Source: an uncultured Acidobacteriota bacterium
Lineage (GTDB): Bacteria > Acidobacteriota > UBA6911
Direction: 5' to 3'
DNA length: 64,000 nt
NCBI GenBank assembly: GCA_963843575.1
Contig: CAWJKZ010000012.1
Location: 234,482 to 298,481 of the forward strand
Part shown: one piece after another, positions 49,542 to 60,185 of the stretch
Layout: the number at the start of each line of letters is the position of its first letter
How positions within the stretch are numbered: position 1 is the first letter of the stretch
Notes under the pieces: model-generated
What the model was told of the DNA's origin: nothing
What the model saw: the letters and a program-made list of their open reading frames with translations, nothing else
Database searches by the model: none
Program-made: the position numbers and the translations under genes

Positions 49542-50402
49542 TTGATTACTCTCGAAATGCTTTCCGATATGTGCTGCCCAATTTGTCGCAGCGGGGGATT
49601 GAAAGCCGATATTGCCAGGCAAGAAAACGGCAAAATCATCGAGGGCCAGTTGGTCTGCAGCCTGAAGGGAGAGAGTTACCCGGTTCGTTCCGGGGTGGCT
49701 GATTTCATACCCCGCAGTCTGTTGAGCGACGTGCAATGGAAGATGTGGCAGGATCATTTGCTCGGTTTCCAGGAGCGGCGGGACGAACGCATCAGGGAAC
49801 CGCATCGGCAAGTTCATGCCCTCGCAAAGAAATCGCGCTCAAGAAACGCAAAAAGTAAGTTTGCCGAGTTCGCGGGTATCCGGGAAGGAAAAGTGTTGGA
49901 CCTGGGATGCGGCCCCGGCAACTTCAGGTTCAACTTGAATGACAACGTTGAATACTATGGCCTTGATCCCCTGCCGTTGCTGGAGGTGGCGGAGTTTCCG
50001 TTCGTCTGTGCTTTGTCAGAGTACATGCCCTTCAAAAACGACACGTTTTCCCATCTGTTGGTGATTGACGCGATGGACCATTTTAAAGACCTGGAAGCTT
50101 CCTTCAAAGAAGCGCTCCGGATTCTCAAACCCGTCGGTAAATTCCATCTGATCCAGGTTATCCATGATTTAAAAGGACCGGTATCGGCGGTCAAGGTGTT
50201 CACCCATTGGGTGAAGGATTCCCTGGAAGAGCATGCTACCAAGATCAAGAACCCCGACGCTCCCAAACATATGACCGAATTCACCAGCGCATCGCTGCGT
50301 GAATTCATGAACCGCTATTTCACCATCGACGCGGTGCGCATTTACAACGAAAAATGGTACAGCCCGACCAAGTTATTCCTGAGCATGTCTCCCCTGCCAT
50401 AA
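49542..50402 (+). CDS. class I SAM methyltransferase with Trm112-like N-terminal domain
   Basis: CCPIC..LVC..YPVRSGV, VLDLGCGPG, LKPVG. Confidence 0.82.
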   Translation: MITLEMLSDMCCPICRSGGLKADIARQENGKIIEGQLVCSLKGESYPVRSGVADFIPRSLLSDVQWKMWQDHLLGFQERRDERIREPHRQVHALAKKSRSRNAKSKFAEFAGIREGKVLDLGCGPGNFRFNLNDNVEYYGLDPLPLLEVAEFPFVCALSEYMPFKNDTFSHLLVIDAMDHFKDLEASFKEALRILKPVGKFHLIQVIHDLKGPVSAVKVFTHWVKDSLEEHATKIKNPDAPKHMTEFTSASLREFMNRYFTIDAVRIYNEKWYSPTKLFLSMSPLP

Positions 50403-50429
50403 ATGGGCCCACCCCGTTGCTGAAGGAAC

Positions 50430-51119
50430 GCCTGAAAGGTGACGGTGCCGGCCCAAACGCTGTTTGTTGAGATCACCATCCGGGCAGTTGGACAAGGGAA
50501 CCGTGCTGCTGGAAGTGAACCTCATCCATCGCCCAGAGGTCGACGTCTTCGCTTCTTGCCAACCGGCGGAGTTTTTTTTACCCGGGCCTGTTCCTCAGGG
50601 CTGGCGTTGGCGATCAGCGGCCTCGGTTTCCGCAGGCGAAATCCGAGCTGCCGGAACAATCGTTGGCATTGCCGGGCTCCAAGGCTTACATCCCACTGGG
50701 TTTTCACGAACGCCGAGAGGGTCTTGCCGTCCCATAGGTTTCCTGTCAGCCCGAAATCGGTCGGCTGCATGCGCAACGCCTCGTCGATGCCCCGGATGTG
50801 CTCCTCGCTCAATCGCCGCGGACGACCGGGTTTCTCCTCCTCGGTCAGACCGCCCAGTCCGTCCCGTTCAAACCGCCGCACCCAGTAGGCCACGGTCCGT
50901 GGTGCGTCGCCGAGCAACTCCGACACTTGGCGGCAGCTCATTCCCTGGGCGACGAGAAGAACTCCGTGGAGGCGGTGATCATATCGAGATTCCTCGGAGC
51001 GCCGGATCTCATCCTGCAGCCCGAGAACTACGGTTTCCGCATCGCTTATGGTTAGTGGCTTCATGCCACCAGAGTATCACCAAGGCTCACGATGCGCAAT
51101 TACTTATGACGTCATGTAT
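50430..51119 (-). mobile_element. truncated IS630-family element (HTH ORF 50522-51064, A-run frameshift, DDE part deleted)
   Basis: WVRRFERDG..KPGRP, LGFRLRKPRP, slippery A-run then MDEVHFQQHG; TA-flanked end near 51119. Confidence 0.85.
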
Positions 51120-51225
51120 AATAACGTGGGCCTCCGCACCGCCCAAGAAAGACCCCAGGACATCTGATTGTTGGGGGTATACTCGTCACTGGCTGGAACG
51201 CGGAGATTCCGCCCAAGGAGCGTGT

Positions 51226-52314
51226 ATGTGGCCGTTCAGCCGGTCGTCTGGCCCGCCGGATGTCGAGAAGCTCAAAAAGAAGAAGGACGCAAAAGGACTA
51301 TTGCGCGCCCTGGCTTATGGCGAAGAAAGGAAAGTGCGCGAGGGCGAAAACAGCAAGTGGGTCGACGCAGAGGTGATCCGGGTCGAACTGGGGGTCATTG
51401 AAGCGCTGGCAGAGATCGGGGCGACGTCGTCCATCGCGGAGGTCCTCCGGGTATTGCAGGAACCACGCGGATTCCACGCATCTACCTTCGTTCTGAGCTA
51501 CGAGAAAGACCCCGCCAATCCCTATGCTTTGGCGCTCTCGAAGTTCGGGGAGCCTGCGGTCCCTCATCTGGCAGGGATGCTCAAGACGAAGGGAACCTGG
51601 CTGCCTTGCGCGGCGGCGCTCGCTTTGGGGCATATGGGTCCGGCGGCCGCTGCGGCGGAGCCGGCGCTCATCGAGGTGGTCAGGCACTGCGGGAACCAGG
51701 GAGTGAGTCTTACCGCGGCCACGCTCTGGGCACTGGGGCAGGTTGCAGCCAGCCCGGAGGCCGCGGAGGCTCTGGTTGCGGTTCTCGCCGGAAATAGTCA
51801 GATCAGCGAAACCAACAACAGGGCACTGCAAGTCCTGGCATCGGGGCGCTTCGGCCAGGCCGCGACCGATGCCCTCGCGAAAGTCGTCCAGGAACACGAA
51901 CACGACATGCGTGTCAGCAGCGCCGGCCAGCGGGCCGCGCTCGCCCTGTGTCTCCTCAAGGACGAACGCGGCATGAAGGCCGCCTTGCCCCTGCTTCCCT
52001 CTAGCCGCGGCGACTCGTTGTTCCCAGCCGACAAGCACTTTCTGTCCGCCTTGGGCAACTTCGACGATCCTGCGGTCCGAGAGCACCTTCGAAAAACCCT
52101 GGACATTTTCGTGGCCGCAATGGAGAAGTACGGCCAACACTCGGAACTGCCCTTCGACAACGCCTTCCAGACGGCGCTCGGGCTTGCCCAACTTAAGGAC
52201 AATGCCGCGCTGCAGTTCCTTAGAGAGGCGCTGCGCAAGGGCAATCTGGGGAAGTACTACGACTCTTTGCTGGAGATGACCTACGACCAACTGGCGGCTC
52301 GGGCGCTGGCCTGA
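51226..52314 (+). CDS. HEAT-repeat protein
   Basis: AAGGAG RBS; PPDVEKLK..D.KGL..AL N-terminus, AAALALG, ALGQ repeats. Confidence 0.82.
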   Translation: MWPFSRSSGPPDVEKLKKKKDAKGLLRALAYGEERKVREGENSKWVDAEVIRVELGVIEALAEIGATSSIAEVLRVLQEPRGFHASTFVLSYEKDPANPYALALSKFGEPAVPHLAGMLKTKGTWLPCAAALALGHMGPAAAAAEPALIEVVRHCGNQGVSLTAATLWALGQVAASPEAAEALVAVLAGNSQISETNNRALQVLASGRFGQAATDALAKVVQEHEHDMRVSSAGQRAALALCLLKDERGMKAALPLLPSSRGDSLFPADKHFLSALGNFDDPAVREHLRKTLDIFVAAMEKYGQHSELPFDNAFQTALGLAQLKDNAALQFLREALRKGNLGKYYDSLLEMTYDQLAARALA

Positions 52315-52347
52315 TTCATGCGGGCCGCGATTCCCGCCGCTTGCCGT

Positions 52348-52722
52348 TGTCGGTCGCCACTACTCCGTAAGATAGGAAGATCAAGCACAGTTGGGGCGAA
52401 CACCAGGATCGACCCCATGGTATACATCTGGTCCCATGATTCCCTTCTTCGTCGGCATGGTCAGCTGCCTCGGAGTCTTCTTCCGCTCCCGCTACAACCT
52501 GGGCCTCGAGATCCTCGCCCTTCGGCAGCAGCTTGGTGTGCTTAAGCGAAAGAACCCTCGGCCTCGACTCCGATTCCACGATCGGATGTTCTGGGTTCTC
52601 TTTCGCCGGCTGTGGCCCTCATGGGGCAGCGTTCTAGTCATCGTCACGCCGGAAACCGTTGTCGTCTGGCATCGGGCCGGGTTTCGGCTGTTCTGGCGCC
52701 TGCGATCACACCCGAAGTGCCT
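52348..52722 (+). mobile_element. 5' fragment of an integrase-core-type IS transposase, cut off by a repeat element
   Basis: LEILALRQQL.VLKR..RPRL..DR.FW..IVTPETV..WHR. Confidence 0.8.
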
Positions 52723-53030
52723 TAGTACTCGTGTTCAGAAATACGCTAACGTTTCCAGGACGCGGATTTGCGCGGATGCACGCGGATTTCTACCTGGTGG
52801 CAGGCCGCGCCCGGCATTCCTCCCCGAGGGCTGCCTTTGGCACGCATCAAAGCCCGCCTCCCGCAGGAAAACGTGGACCTTGAATCGAAGCGGCATCCTT
52901 CCAACCGCGCGTTTTCCTGCGGGAGGCGGGCTTTGATGCATCAGCGCGAAGCGCCGGCCCTCGGGGAGGAATGCCGGGCGCGGCCGATCCGCGTGAATCC
53001 GTAAAATCCGCGAAGATCCGCGTTCTGCTG
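52722..53030. repeat. full-length nested-hairpin ACGCGGAT element
   Basis: foot plus 10-nt arrays enclosing perfect 29-nt (52803-52831/52957-52985) and 30-nt (52844-52873/52910-52939) inverted repeats. Confidence 0.92.
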
Positions 53031-53067
53031 TTGTCAATCGGTGACCAGCTCCATCCCAAGAATCCGG

Positions 53068-55503
53068 CTATTCGCTGCGCAGGGCGTCCATCGGATCGAC
53101 CAGTGTGGCCTTGCGGGCGGGAAGATAGCAGGCCAGGACTCCGACCATCACGAAAAAGACCGCCACCAGTGCGTAGACAGTGGGATCGACGGGCCTGACG
53201 CCATACAGGCCTTGAAAGACGAGCCGGGCCGAGCCAAAAGCCAAAAGCAAACCGAGCAGGATGCCGCCAGTGACCAGCGTCAGGCCCTGACATATGACAT
53301 GGCGCAGGATCCCGGCAGGTGTCGCCCCCAAGGCTATCCGTACACCGATTTCGCGGGTTCGTTGCTCCACTACGCAGGCCAGCACCCCGTAAGTGCCCAG
53401 AGACGCCAACAGCAAGGCGAACCCGCCCAGGACTGAGAGGAAGATGAAGGCAACACGGTTGAGAAACGTGGCTGTAGACAGGCTTTGAGCTAATGTGAGG
53501 GATTGGTAGGGAACGACATTGGGATTCAGCGATAAGGCCAGTTTGTCGATTTGTCGACTCAGGCGGGCGGGATCAGCCTTGCTGCGCACATGGAGGACCG
53601 GCGTGCCCCCGGCAAACTGAAGATAGCTCGCAAACAGGAAGCAGACGGGAGGGGCATTCAACTGGTCGTACTTGAAATCTTTCGCCACACCAATCACCTC
53701 GACTCGACGCTCATTCCAACTGAAGTGCCGGCCCACCGGGCTTTGACCCGGCCAGAACCGCCGAGCCATGGTCTGGTTGATAATGACGCGGGCAGGCGCC
53801 CGGGAGTCGTCGGCTTCGGTGAACTCTCGTCCCTCGGCAAGCCGCGCCTGCATGGTTTTGAAATAGTCGGGAGCAACAAAGGCATTGGATACGCTCAGCT
53901 CTTCACCCGGCGGAGGTTGATAGCCGGGGATTTCGACTCTCGCACCGCCGGCTCCCCGGAAAAGCGGCACCCAATCGCACAGGCTGGCGCTTTCCACTGA
54001 CGGCAGGGAACGGACAGCGTCCATCAGCCTGCGGTGGAAGGTGCGCCGTTCCTCCTCTCCGGGATCGTTGCAGGGAAATAACATGGGCACCAGCAGCACT
54101 CCGTCCGGGTTGAAGCCGCTGTAGATGTCGATTTGGGCTCGTTGAAAACCCTTCAGACAGATGCCGGCGCCGATCAAAACGAAGGTAGCCAATGCCGTCT
54201 CGGCCACAATCAGTGTGTTGCGCAGGCGTTGTCTTCCTCTTTCCACTCCCACGGTCCGGCCCTCGGCTTTAAGGGCATCCTGGAAATTGGTCTGGGAAAG
54301 CCTGAGGGCAGGAGAAAGCCCGAAGAGCATGCTGCTCAGGATGGCTAACAGGAAGGCATACAGAAAACCATGAATGTTCAGCCGATATCCGGGCAAAGCG
54401 ATGGGATCAATCGAGGGTGGAACAAACGAGTTCAGGAGGTTCATGCCCCATGCAGCCAGCAGCAAGCCGGCACACCCGCCCAGGATGCCCAGGAGCAGAC
54501 TCTCCGTGAGTAGTTGCCGGACGATACGAAACCGGTTCGCGCCCAGGGCCTGACGCAGGGCGAGTTCTTTTCTTCGCGCCGTGGCCTTGGCGATCAGCAG
54601 GCTTGCCAGGTTGGCCAGAATGAGCAACAGTACCAAGGCAGTGACCACGAGCAAGATATTGAACAGCGACAGCAGGACGGTGCCGCCATAGGGAGCCGCC
54701 AAAAGCGGACGCAGTTTCATGAGCCGGTTTTGGTTTGTGTCCGGATAGGTTTTCGCCAGCTGGCCGCTCACGGTTTCCGTCACAGCCGCGGCTTGCTCGA
54801 AGCCCACGCCCTCGTGGAGTCTTGCGATGGCATAGTAGTACCGTGCGCCGCGATCTTCCGGGGGTTGCCCCATCCTCAGCTGCCCATTAAAAACGGCCGG
54901 AAGCCACAGATCGAACGTATACGCACTCATGGTTCCGCGAAAGGCCGGCGCGGCCACTCCGATAATGGTGAAGTGTTGTCGGTTCAGTTGGATCGTGCGG
55001 CCAAGGGCGTTCCGATCTGCACCAAAGAACGCTCTCCAGAATTCGTGGCTGATCACGACTTCGGGCGGCGATGCGGGACTGCTGGCGGAAACCGGATCGA
55101 ACGTTCGCCCCAGTGCGGCGTTGACCCCCAGCAGTTGGAACAGGTTGCCGCTGACTGCCTGTGCCCAGATCCACTGCCGGCGATTCCCGTCCTCTATCCA
55201 TAATGGCCATCGCTGGAAGGCCGCGATGCCGGCAAAAACATCCCGATGGGCTGCAAGGTCCCGCATGTCCGGAAAGGAAATCCCATGTCCTTCGTGATCG
55301 GGAAACAACTCAGTGATAACCGCAAGCCTGCCACCGTCTTTGACGCCTGGCAGGGGCTCCTGCCGCATGGCCTGAATCCAACCCAGGACGATGGTATTGA
55401 CCCCGATGCCTACGGCGAGGGTCAGCACCGCGACAACGAGAAACACCGGGGCGCGCTTCAACTGGCGCCAACCGAATGCGATATCCTGCCAAAAAGAAGA
55501 CAT
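53068..55503 (-). CDS. ADOP-type duplicated ABC permease
   Basis: TLAVGIGVNT, RRKELALRQALGA, QRTREIGVR, LPARKA..DPM. Confidence 0.93.
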   Translation of the reverse strand: MSSFWQDIAFGWRQLKRAPVFLVVAVLTLAVGIGVNTIVLGWIQAMRQEPLPGVKDGGRLAVITELFPDHEGHGISFPDMRDLAAHRDVFAGIAAFQRWPLWIEDGNRRQWIWAQAVSGNLFQLLGVNAALGRTFDPVSASSPASPPEVVISHEFWRAFFGADRNALGRTIQLNRQHFTIIGVAAPAFRGTMSAYTFDLWLPAVFNGQLRMGQPPEDRGARYYYAIARLHEGVGFEQAAAVTETVSGQLAKTYPDTNQNRLMKLRPLLAAPYGGTVLLSLFNILLVVTALVLLLILANLASLLIAKATARRKELALRQALGANRFRIVRQLLTESLLLGILGGCAGLLLAAWGMNLLNSFVPPSIDPIALPGYRLNIHGFLYAFLLAILSSMLFGLSPALRLSQTNFQDALKAEGRTVGVERGRQRLRNTLIVAETALATFVLIGAGICLKGFQRAQIDIYSGFNPDGVLLVPMLFPCNDPGEEERRTFHRRLMDAVRSLPSVESASLCDWVPLFRGAGGARVEIPGYQPPPGEELSVSNAFVAPDYFKTMQARLAEGREFTEADDSRAPARVIINQTMARRFWPGQSPVGRHFSWNERRVEVIGVAKDFKYDQLNAPPVCFLFASYLQFAGGTPVLHVRSKADPARLSRQIDKLALSLNPNVVPYQSLTLAQSLSTATFLNRVAFIFLSVLGGFALLLASLGTYGVLACVVEQRTREIGVRIALGATPAGILRHVICQGLTLVTGGILLGLLLAFGSARLVFQGLYGVRPVDPTVYALVAVFFVMVGVLACYLPARKATLVDPMDALRSE

Positions 55504-55779
55504 GTGCTTCCCCCCGTCCTGGACCTCGTGCCTTGTCTCGGATCGATGGAGTCCCCCGACGCGTACTCCCACCACATTGAATCAAGCCCCGCTCCGCGCA
55601 CATCCTCCCTTTGGTGCTGAACTTCGAATGTTTTTATCGCGGCGAGATCGGGGTGACAAGCAAAATTCGGGAGCAGGGCAAATGCAGGTCGTCTCGGCGT
55701 TGAGCCGCCGCACTCCACGCGGCATGCCGGGGCACGTCGCCGTCACTTGCCCGCCGGTGGCCAGCCCCGTCCCAGATTC

Positions 55780-56500
55780 TTAAAATTCAGGATCGCGTTC
55801 GTGACAAGAGCGAAACAGCCCTGGGTGGAGGCCGTTTCGGGATTGGCGCCAGTCCGCTTTGCGGCTGCAGGCTTGTGCCGATTATCCGCATCGAGTCCGG
55901 CAAAAGCGCTTGGAAGGCGGGCAAGCGATCCGCACAGAATCTCGACATAATCGGGACAGCTGAGATTACCGCCAATGCCGCAGAGGGGGGACGTCGCTCG
56001 AAATCTTGGGTGAGGATCTTGCGGCCGCTGCGTCGTCGCTCACCAGGTTTCACGTTGTTCGTGCGATCGACCAAGCGGATGCCTCCGTCGCATTCCTGCG
56101 GAATTGAAATCACATGTCCCCAGAGGTGGGGCCCGTGACGATCGAGGTGCGACAGGATCAAATCGATTGCCGTTCGCAGATCTTCGGCGGGGGCCGCGTT
56201 CGCGTCGTCGTTTTCGGAGCGACGTGGAGAGCTTTTCGACGGCGGATCTGAAGTAGTTCAGTTTCCCGACTTCGCGTTCTGAAGTGGTATCGGGAGCTTG
56301 GTCCTTTTCCTGGAGACGGAGTGCCGGGCGGAGCTTGGCAAAGAGCTTCGCCCGCTGGTCAAGCGCCGCGCCGACCGGGTGGAAACGCGGGATAGCACAT
56401 CGCACCGGACGCAGCATGACATTCAGCTTTTCGAGCGCTTTTCGGACCTTCACAGCCTCAGGAGGTTCTCGTGGAAAAGCCTCGGTTGCCCAGGACACGC
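55780..56500 (-). mobile_element. degraded transposase remnant (multiple frameshifts)
   Basis: HLDRHGPHLWGHVI..RLVDRTNN..RRRSGRK.LTQD motif typical of transposases; family not assignable. Confidence 0.65.
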
Positions 56501-56713
56501 CAAGGCAACGATCTTACGACTATACAGGCAGATGGATATTATTGGATATTATAGACCTACAGGATCCAACTGAGTTTTGACGCCGTAGAAAAGCGGGATA
56601 ATGTCCGATACACAGTCGAATGCGATCGAGCAGACAGCGTTCCAGGAAGACCGCGTTCTTGCACATCTCGATCAATTCGAGCGCGAATGTTGTGTCTCGT
56701 GGGGAGCTGTACT

Positions 56714-57103
56714 GTGGAAAGCCAAATCGAGAAGTCACCTGTATCGACTCGGCTGGTCCGCTGGACCGCAAGAGTCTGGAGTATCTGCAGCATCGGACTG
56801 CTGCTCGGTTTCGTAGTGGGAGAAGGCATCAACCCTAAAACTTCGGGAGAAGCCCTCGGTCTTCTGTTTTTCCCACTCGGAATCTCCGTGGGAATGGTTC
56901 TGGCATGGTGGAGGGAAGGCCTGGGAGGGAGTGTGACGATAGCAAGCCTGGCAGCCTTCTATGCCATTCATCTTGTTACTTCCGGCTCGCTCCCGAGAGG
57001 AGCGGCCTGGTTGGTGTTTGCCGCCCCCGGGTTCCTGTTCCTGCTCAGCTGGCATCAATCCCGCAGGGCGCCCGGATCACCCGTTGGGCATTCAGCAGGT
57101 TGA
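56714..57103 (+). CDS. four-TM hypothetical membrane protein
   Basis: GGGGAG RBS then GTG; RWTAR, LAWWREGLGG, PGFLFL. Confidence 0.7.
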   Translation: MESQIEKSPVSTRLVRWTARVWSICSIGLLLGFVVGEGINPKTSGEALGLLFFPLGISVGMVLAWWREGLGGSVTIASLAAFYAIHLVTSGSLPRGAAWLVFAAPGFLFLLSWHQSRRAPGSPVGHSAG

Positions 57104-57109
57104 AAGGTC

Positions 57110-57320
57110 CCTGGGGACGAGCCGCTTGATTTCCTCGAATCAGTTCTGGACGAGGACCATTTCGGTCACGGGTTGGGACTTCCTTTCGTCCAGTATCGCC
57201 ATCAGGAATCGCTGGCTGTCGGGGGATATATCATGGAACACATACCCGGGCCGTTCAACCAGCAGGCGCGGTTTGCGGCTCACTTCGTATAGGATGTTGC
57301 CATCTGCTCGCCAATGAGCT
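57110..57320 (-). pseudogene. C-terminal remnant of a TolB-tailed Ser/Thr kinase
   Basis: HWRADG..DISPDSQRFL..VVQN*FEEIKRLVP with the conserved Trp turned into TGA. Confidence 0.6.
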
Positions 57321-57582
57321 CCTGGCGGATACTGCCGTATTCCTCCTGCAAACCTTTGATCCCGTGATTGACGTTTTCCAGTTCGAGCTTGAGGTCCTCG
57401 AGGGCCAGACGCAGCATTTTGTTCCGCTCCTGGACCGTGTATTTCGAGCCGTCCTGTGAGGTCACCGGCAGAGTGTTGACGGTATTCAGCATGAAGTTGA
57501 GGCTGTTCGAGAGCCGCCCCAACCACACGGCGTACCGATTCAGTTCGGAAATTTCCTGCGGCGTGAGCGACCTCCTGAGCAT
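57280..57582 (-). CDS. hypothetical coiled-coil protein
   Basis: GGAGG RBS upstream; amphipathic helical sequence; no family recognised. Confidence 0.45.
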   Translation of the reverse strand: MLRRSLTPQEISELNRYAVWLGRLSNSLNFMLNTVNTLPVTSQDGSKYTVQERNKMLRLALEDLKLELENVNHGIKGLQEEYGSIRQELIGEQMATSYTK

Positions 57583-57719
57583 ACACAACCTCCGGGAACG
57601 GCGCGGCCCGGACTGCCGGGTCGACTGACGACCGAGTTCACCCGGGCAGGCCGTGAGCGGCTTGATTCTGTGAATCATATCGGCCGGAGCCAGCGATTCA
57701 CTTAACGTCCACAGAAGTC

Positions 57720-58014
57720 CGCATCGTAGTGGGCACCGACGATGATGAGCGAATCTGTCGACCCCGGACGCAGGTCACGTTCGGCAACCGGCTGTCGTCG
57801 ACGGTTTCGGTTTCAGCTGAGCCTCTGGGCATTCCGCTTCGAGGAATAACTGAAATAGCCGTGCCTTGCGCTCCGGGTTCTTGCCTGAAACCTGGAGCCT
57901 CTGCTCGATTATTTCCCGGCTCAGGACCTTCGCCTCGATCTTCTGAGCATGGCTCCACTCCGCAGGCCCGGACAGGACGAACAGGAACGCCAGAAAGATC
58001 CGCAAACACCTCAT
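57720..58014 (-). pseudogene. N-terminal fragment of an M28-like peptidase
   Basis: signal peptide, IIEQRL..LFLEAEC, PNVTC; frameshift then truncation. Confidence 0.55.
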
Positions 58015-58183
58015 GTCCTGCTCCATCAGAAAATGACGTGGAGTGCGGCGGCTCGACGCTGCGTCAAGGGCTGTGCCGGGCACCGAAACGAATCTCCTCC
58101 AAGCCCATTGTCCTGGGGTTTTGCCGGGTTGAGACTCAGGTTGATCCGCGCGAATGAAAGGACCGGGATAATGCGGCAGATCT

Positions 58184-58822
58184 TCATTTTTTCACCGCAC
58201 GACGAAGGATACTGACGACTTCGGACCCGCCCAGCGCGGTGGATGCCACGGTTACGCCGACGAAACTGAATCCCTCGGCTCCTGCCTCACCCAATTCCTT
58301 CTGCATCGTCGAGGTTTTGGAGGCGGCCAGGAGCTTGTATTCAAAACTGGCGACACTGGCGTTGCGGTCGTGTTCCAGGATTACCACGACCTCTTGCCCG
58401 CCAAAGGTGCTCTTGAATACCGTCTGTCCGCGATACTCGAATCCTGCATCTCCCGCCTGCTGCATTTCTTTCTGCATCGTCGAGGTTTTGGTGGTTGCCA
58501 GCAGCTTATATTTATACTGGGGCTTGGCATCAGCGTCGAGGGATTTGGACATTATGCAAACCACTTCGGATCCCCCCCACGCGGTGTCACCACCCATCAT
58601 GCCTTCAAAGCGATACCCCGCATCCGCCGCTTCATTCATCTCCTTCTGCATCGTCGAAGTCTTGTTCGTGGCCAGCAGACGGTAATCGACCCCCTTCCCG
58701 TCCGCAGGGACCGCCGGCCCCGCTGCCAGGAGAGTGTGGATACCTATACTCAGGAGAAGAATTGCCCTGGACACCAGACCACTTATCGTGCTCAGTTTCG
58801 GAATAGCTCCACGACCGCCCAT
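58184..58822 (-). CDS. secreted protein with three ~57-aa internal repeats
   Basis: Y(R/K)LLA..KTSTMQKE...A...G(Y/F) three times. Confidence 0.8.
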   Translation of the reverse strand: MGGRGAIPKLSTISGLVSRAILLLSIGIHTLLAAGPAVPADGKGVDYRLLATNKTSTMQKEMNEAADAGYRFEGMMGGDTAWGGSEVVCIMSKSLDADAKPQYKYKLLATTKTSTMQKEMQQAGDAGFEYRGQTVFKSTFGGQEVVVILEHDRNASVASFEYKLLAASKTSTMQKELGEAGAEGFSFVGVTVASTALGGSEVVSILRRAVKK

Positions 58823-59198
58823 GACAGGTCCTCCTGGTTAAAAACCTGAACAGCGGAAATTGGCAGCGCGAGTACGCCTGGGGTGCATGTCGGCTGTCTC
58901 TTTTCTGATTGACGCATTGTATCCCAGCCGTCAGTACCGGCGATACTTCGAAACGGGAGGTCTTCGACCGCTATCCGGAATGCCCTTATGTCCGACGGGG
59001 CAGGGCGCGCCGTCGGGCTGATGAAGCACGTCAGCAGGTCAGGACTGCAAAACAGATTGGGACATGGATCTTCGGATTCCATTCAGTGACAGGCCGGAAA
59101 CGGAGGACGTGGGCAATCAGACAACCCGCTGCACCAGCCAGGTGAGGCCTGCCACTAAGCCGAATCCGAAAGGACCCGTGTCCGGAACTACTTTTGTC

Positions 59199-59230
59199 GA
59201 TCCGCGTCCGTCCGCGGAAGTCCGCGTCCC
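59199..59230 (-). repeat. ACGCGGAT array arm
   Basis: ATCCGCGTCC GTCCGCGGAA GTCCGCGTCC. Confidence 0.65.
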
Positions 59231-59284
59231 AGATCGCCTTTTCCGAACTCCGCGTCTGGACCGGAGGCGCTGAGGATGTCTGCG

Positions 59285-59540
59285 CTATGGGCCGCGCTTT
59301 TCCACTGCCAGGCGGATGCGGCATTGGCCGCGCAGTGCCGTCAGATCCACCGTGCCGTCGTCGGCTATGGGAATGCAATTGGCCCCCTGGGTCGCCGCTG
59401 CTGGTTTCCAGCCGTCAGGCAGGCGGAACCGCAGCAGGGTCTTCCCGGGGGCATGTGGCGGGAGCGTCAAGTCGGCCAGGATTTCCCCGTGGCTCAGCCG
59501 TAGGTGAGGTTGCGGCAGTGACGGCAGGCAAACCGCCCGG
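59285..59540 (-). pseudogene. orphan C-terminal fragment of a large protein
   Basis: protein-like LLRFRLPDGWK..TVDLTALRG..* with no upstream body. Confidence 0.4.
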
Positions 59541-59568
59541 CCTGGAGTGGACGGTACGCGCCGGTTGT

Positions 59569-60075
59569 TTACCTTTTGGGGGTGACTTTCTTGTATTCAC
59601 GCTCGCTGAGGGTTTGCGGGCTATTGTTTGGGAAAGGTGCGAGGTTGATGACAGAAGGGTGAGACAGTTCTGTCTGCTTTCCCGCACCCGCAGTCTCGGT
59701 ACCCCGCTGCACGATTATTATTGGCAGGCCATAAACCCGTGTAAGGCCGGATATCGTCAGAACGCCAATTCTGCAAAATTTGCCAGTATTGGCGTGTAAT
59801 TGAATCGTCATGGTGCCGGGGCCCACACCAGAGTCGCCGTCCAAGATCTCAATCCAGTCGAGATAACTGCTGTTTCGGACCGTCCACTTCACCGATGGAC
59901 TGGCCTTCATTGCGAGTTTGTGCGTTCCACCCTCACTTGGCATGACATATTCGGCGAACCCGGAATGACTAATCCGCGACTTACAGTCCGGTTCCCCGAT
60001 TTGTTGTGCCGATGCCATCAATGGCACGCAAAGAGTCACACACAGCCACCTGACAGGAGCCGACATTCGCTGCAT
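59569..60075 (-). CDS. secreted BACON-like domain protein
   Basis: signal, C..WT..DWIEI..SGVGPGT..ANTG..RIG.LTI..Q pattern. Confidence 0.7.
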   Translation of the reverse strand: MQRMSAPVRWLCVTLCVPLMASAQQIGEPDCKSRISHSGFAEYVMPSEGGTHKLAMKASPSVKWTVRNSSYLDWIEILDGDSGVGPGTMTIQLHANTGKFCRIGVLTISGLTRVYGLPIIIVQRGTETAGAGKQTELSHPSVINLAPFPNNSPQTLSEREYKKVTPKR

Positions 60076-60185
60076 GAGTCAACCTCGATCAACGACAAAA
60101 TGGTTTAAAAGGATCGCGGCATATTTCTATATCGTCTCTTTCCCCACTGCTCATTATTCCTTTCTTAGTACACAGTCTCATAAAT

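Noticed and set aside
50560-50585. Slippery A-run in the IS630 transposase as a novel recoding site
   Set aside because: Programmed -1 frameshifting is established for IS630, and this copy is truncated.
57138-57142. TGA read-through (selenocysteine or Trp recoding) in the kinase tail
   Set aside because: The surrounding gene is a short decayed fragment, and TGA is used as stop elsewhere in the window.
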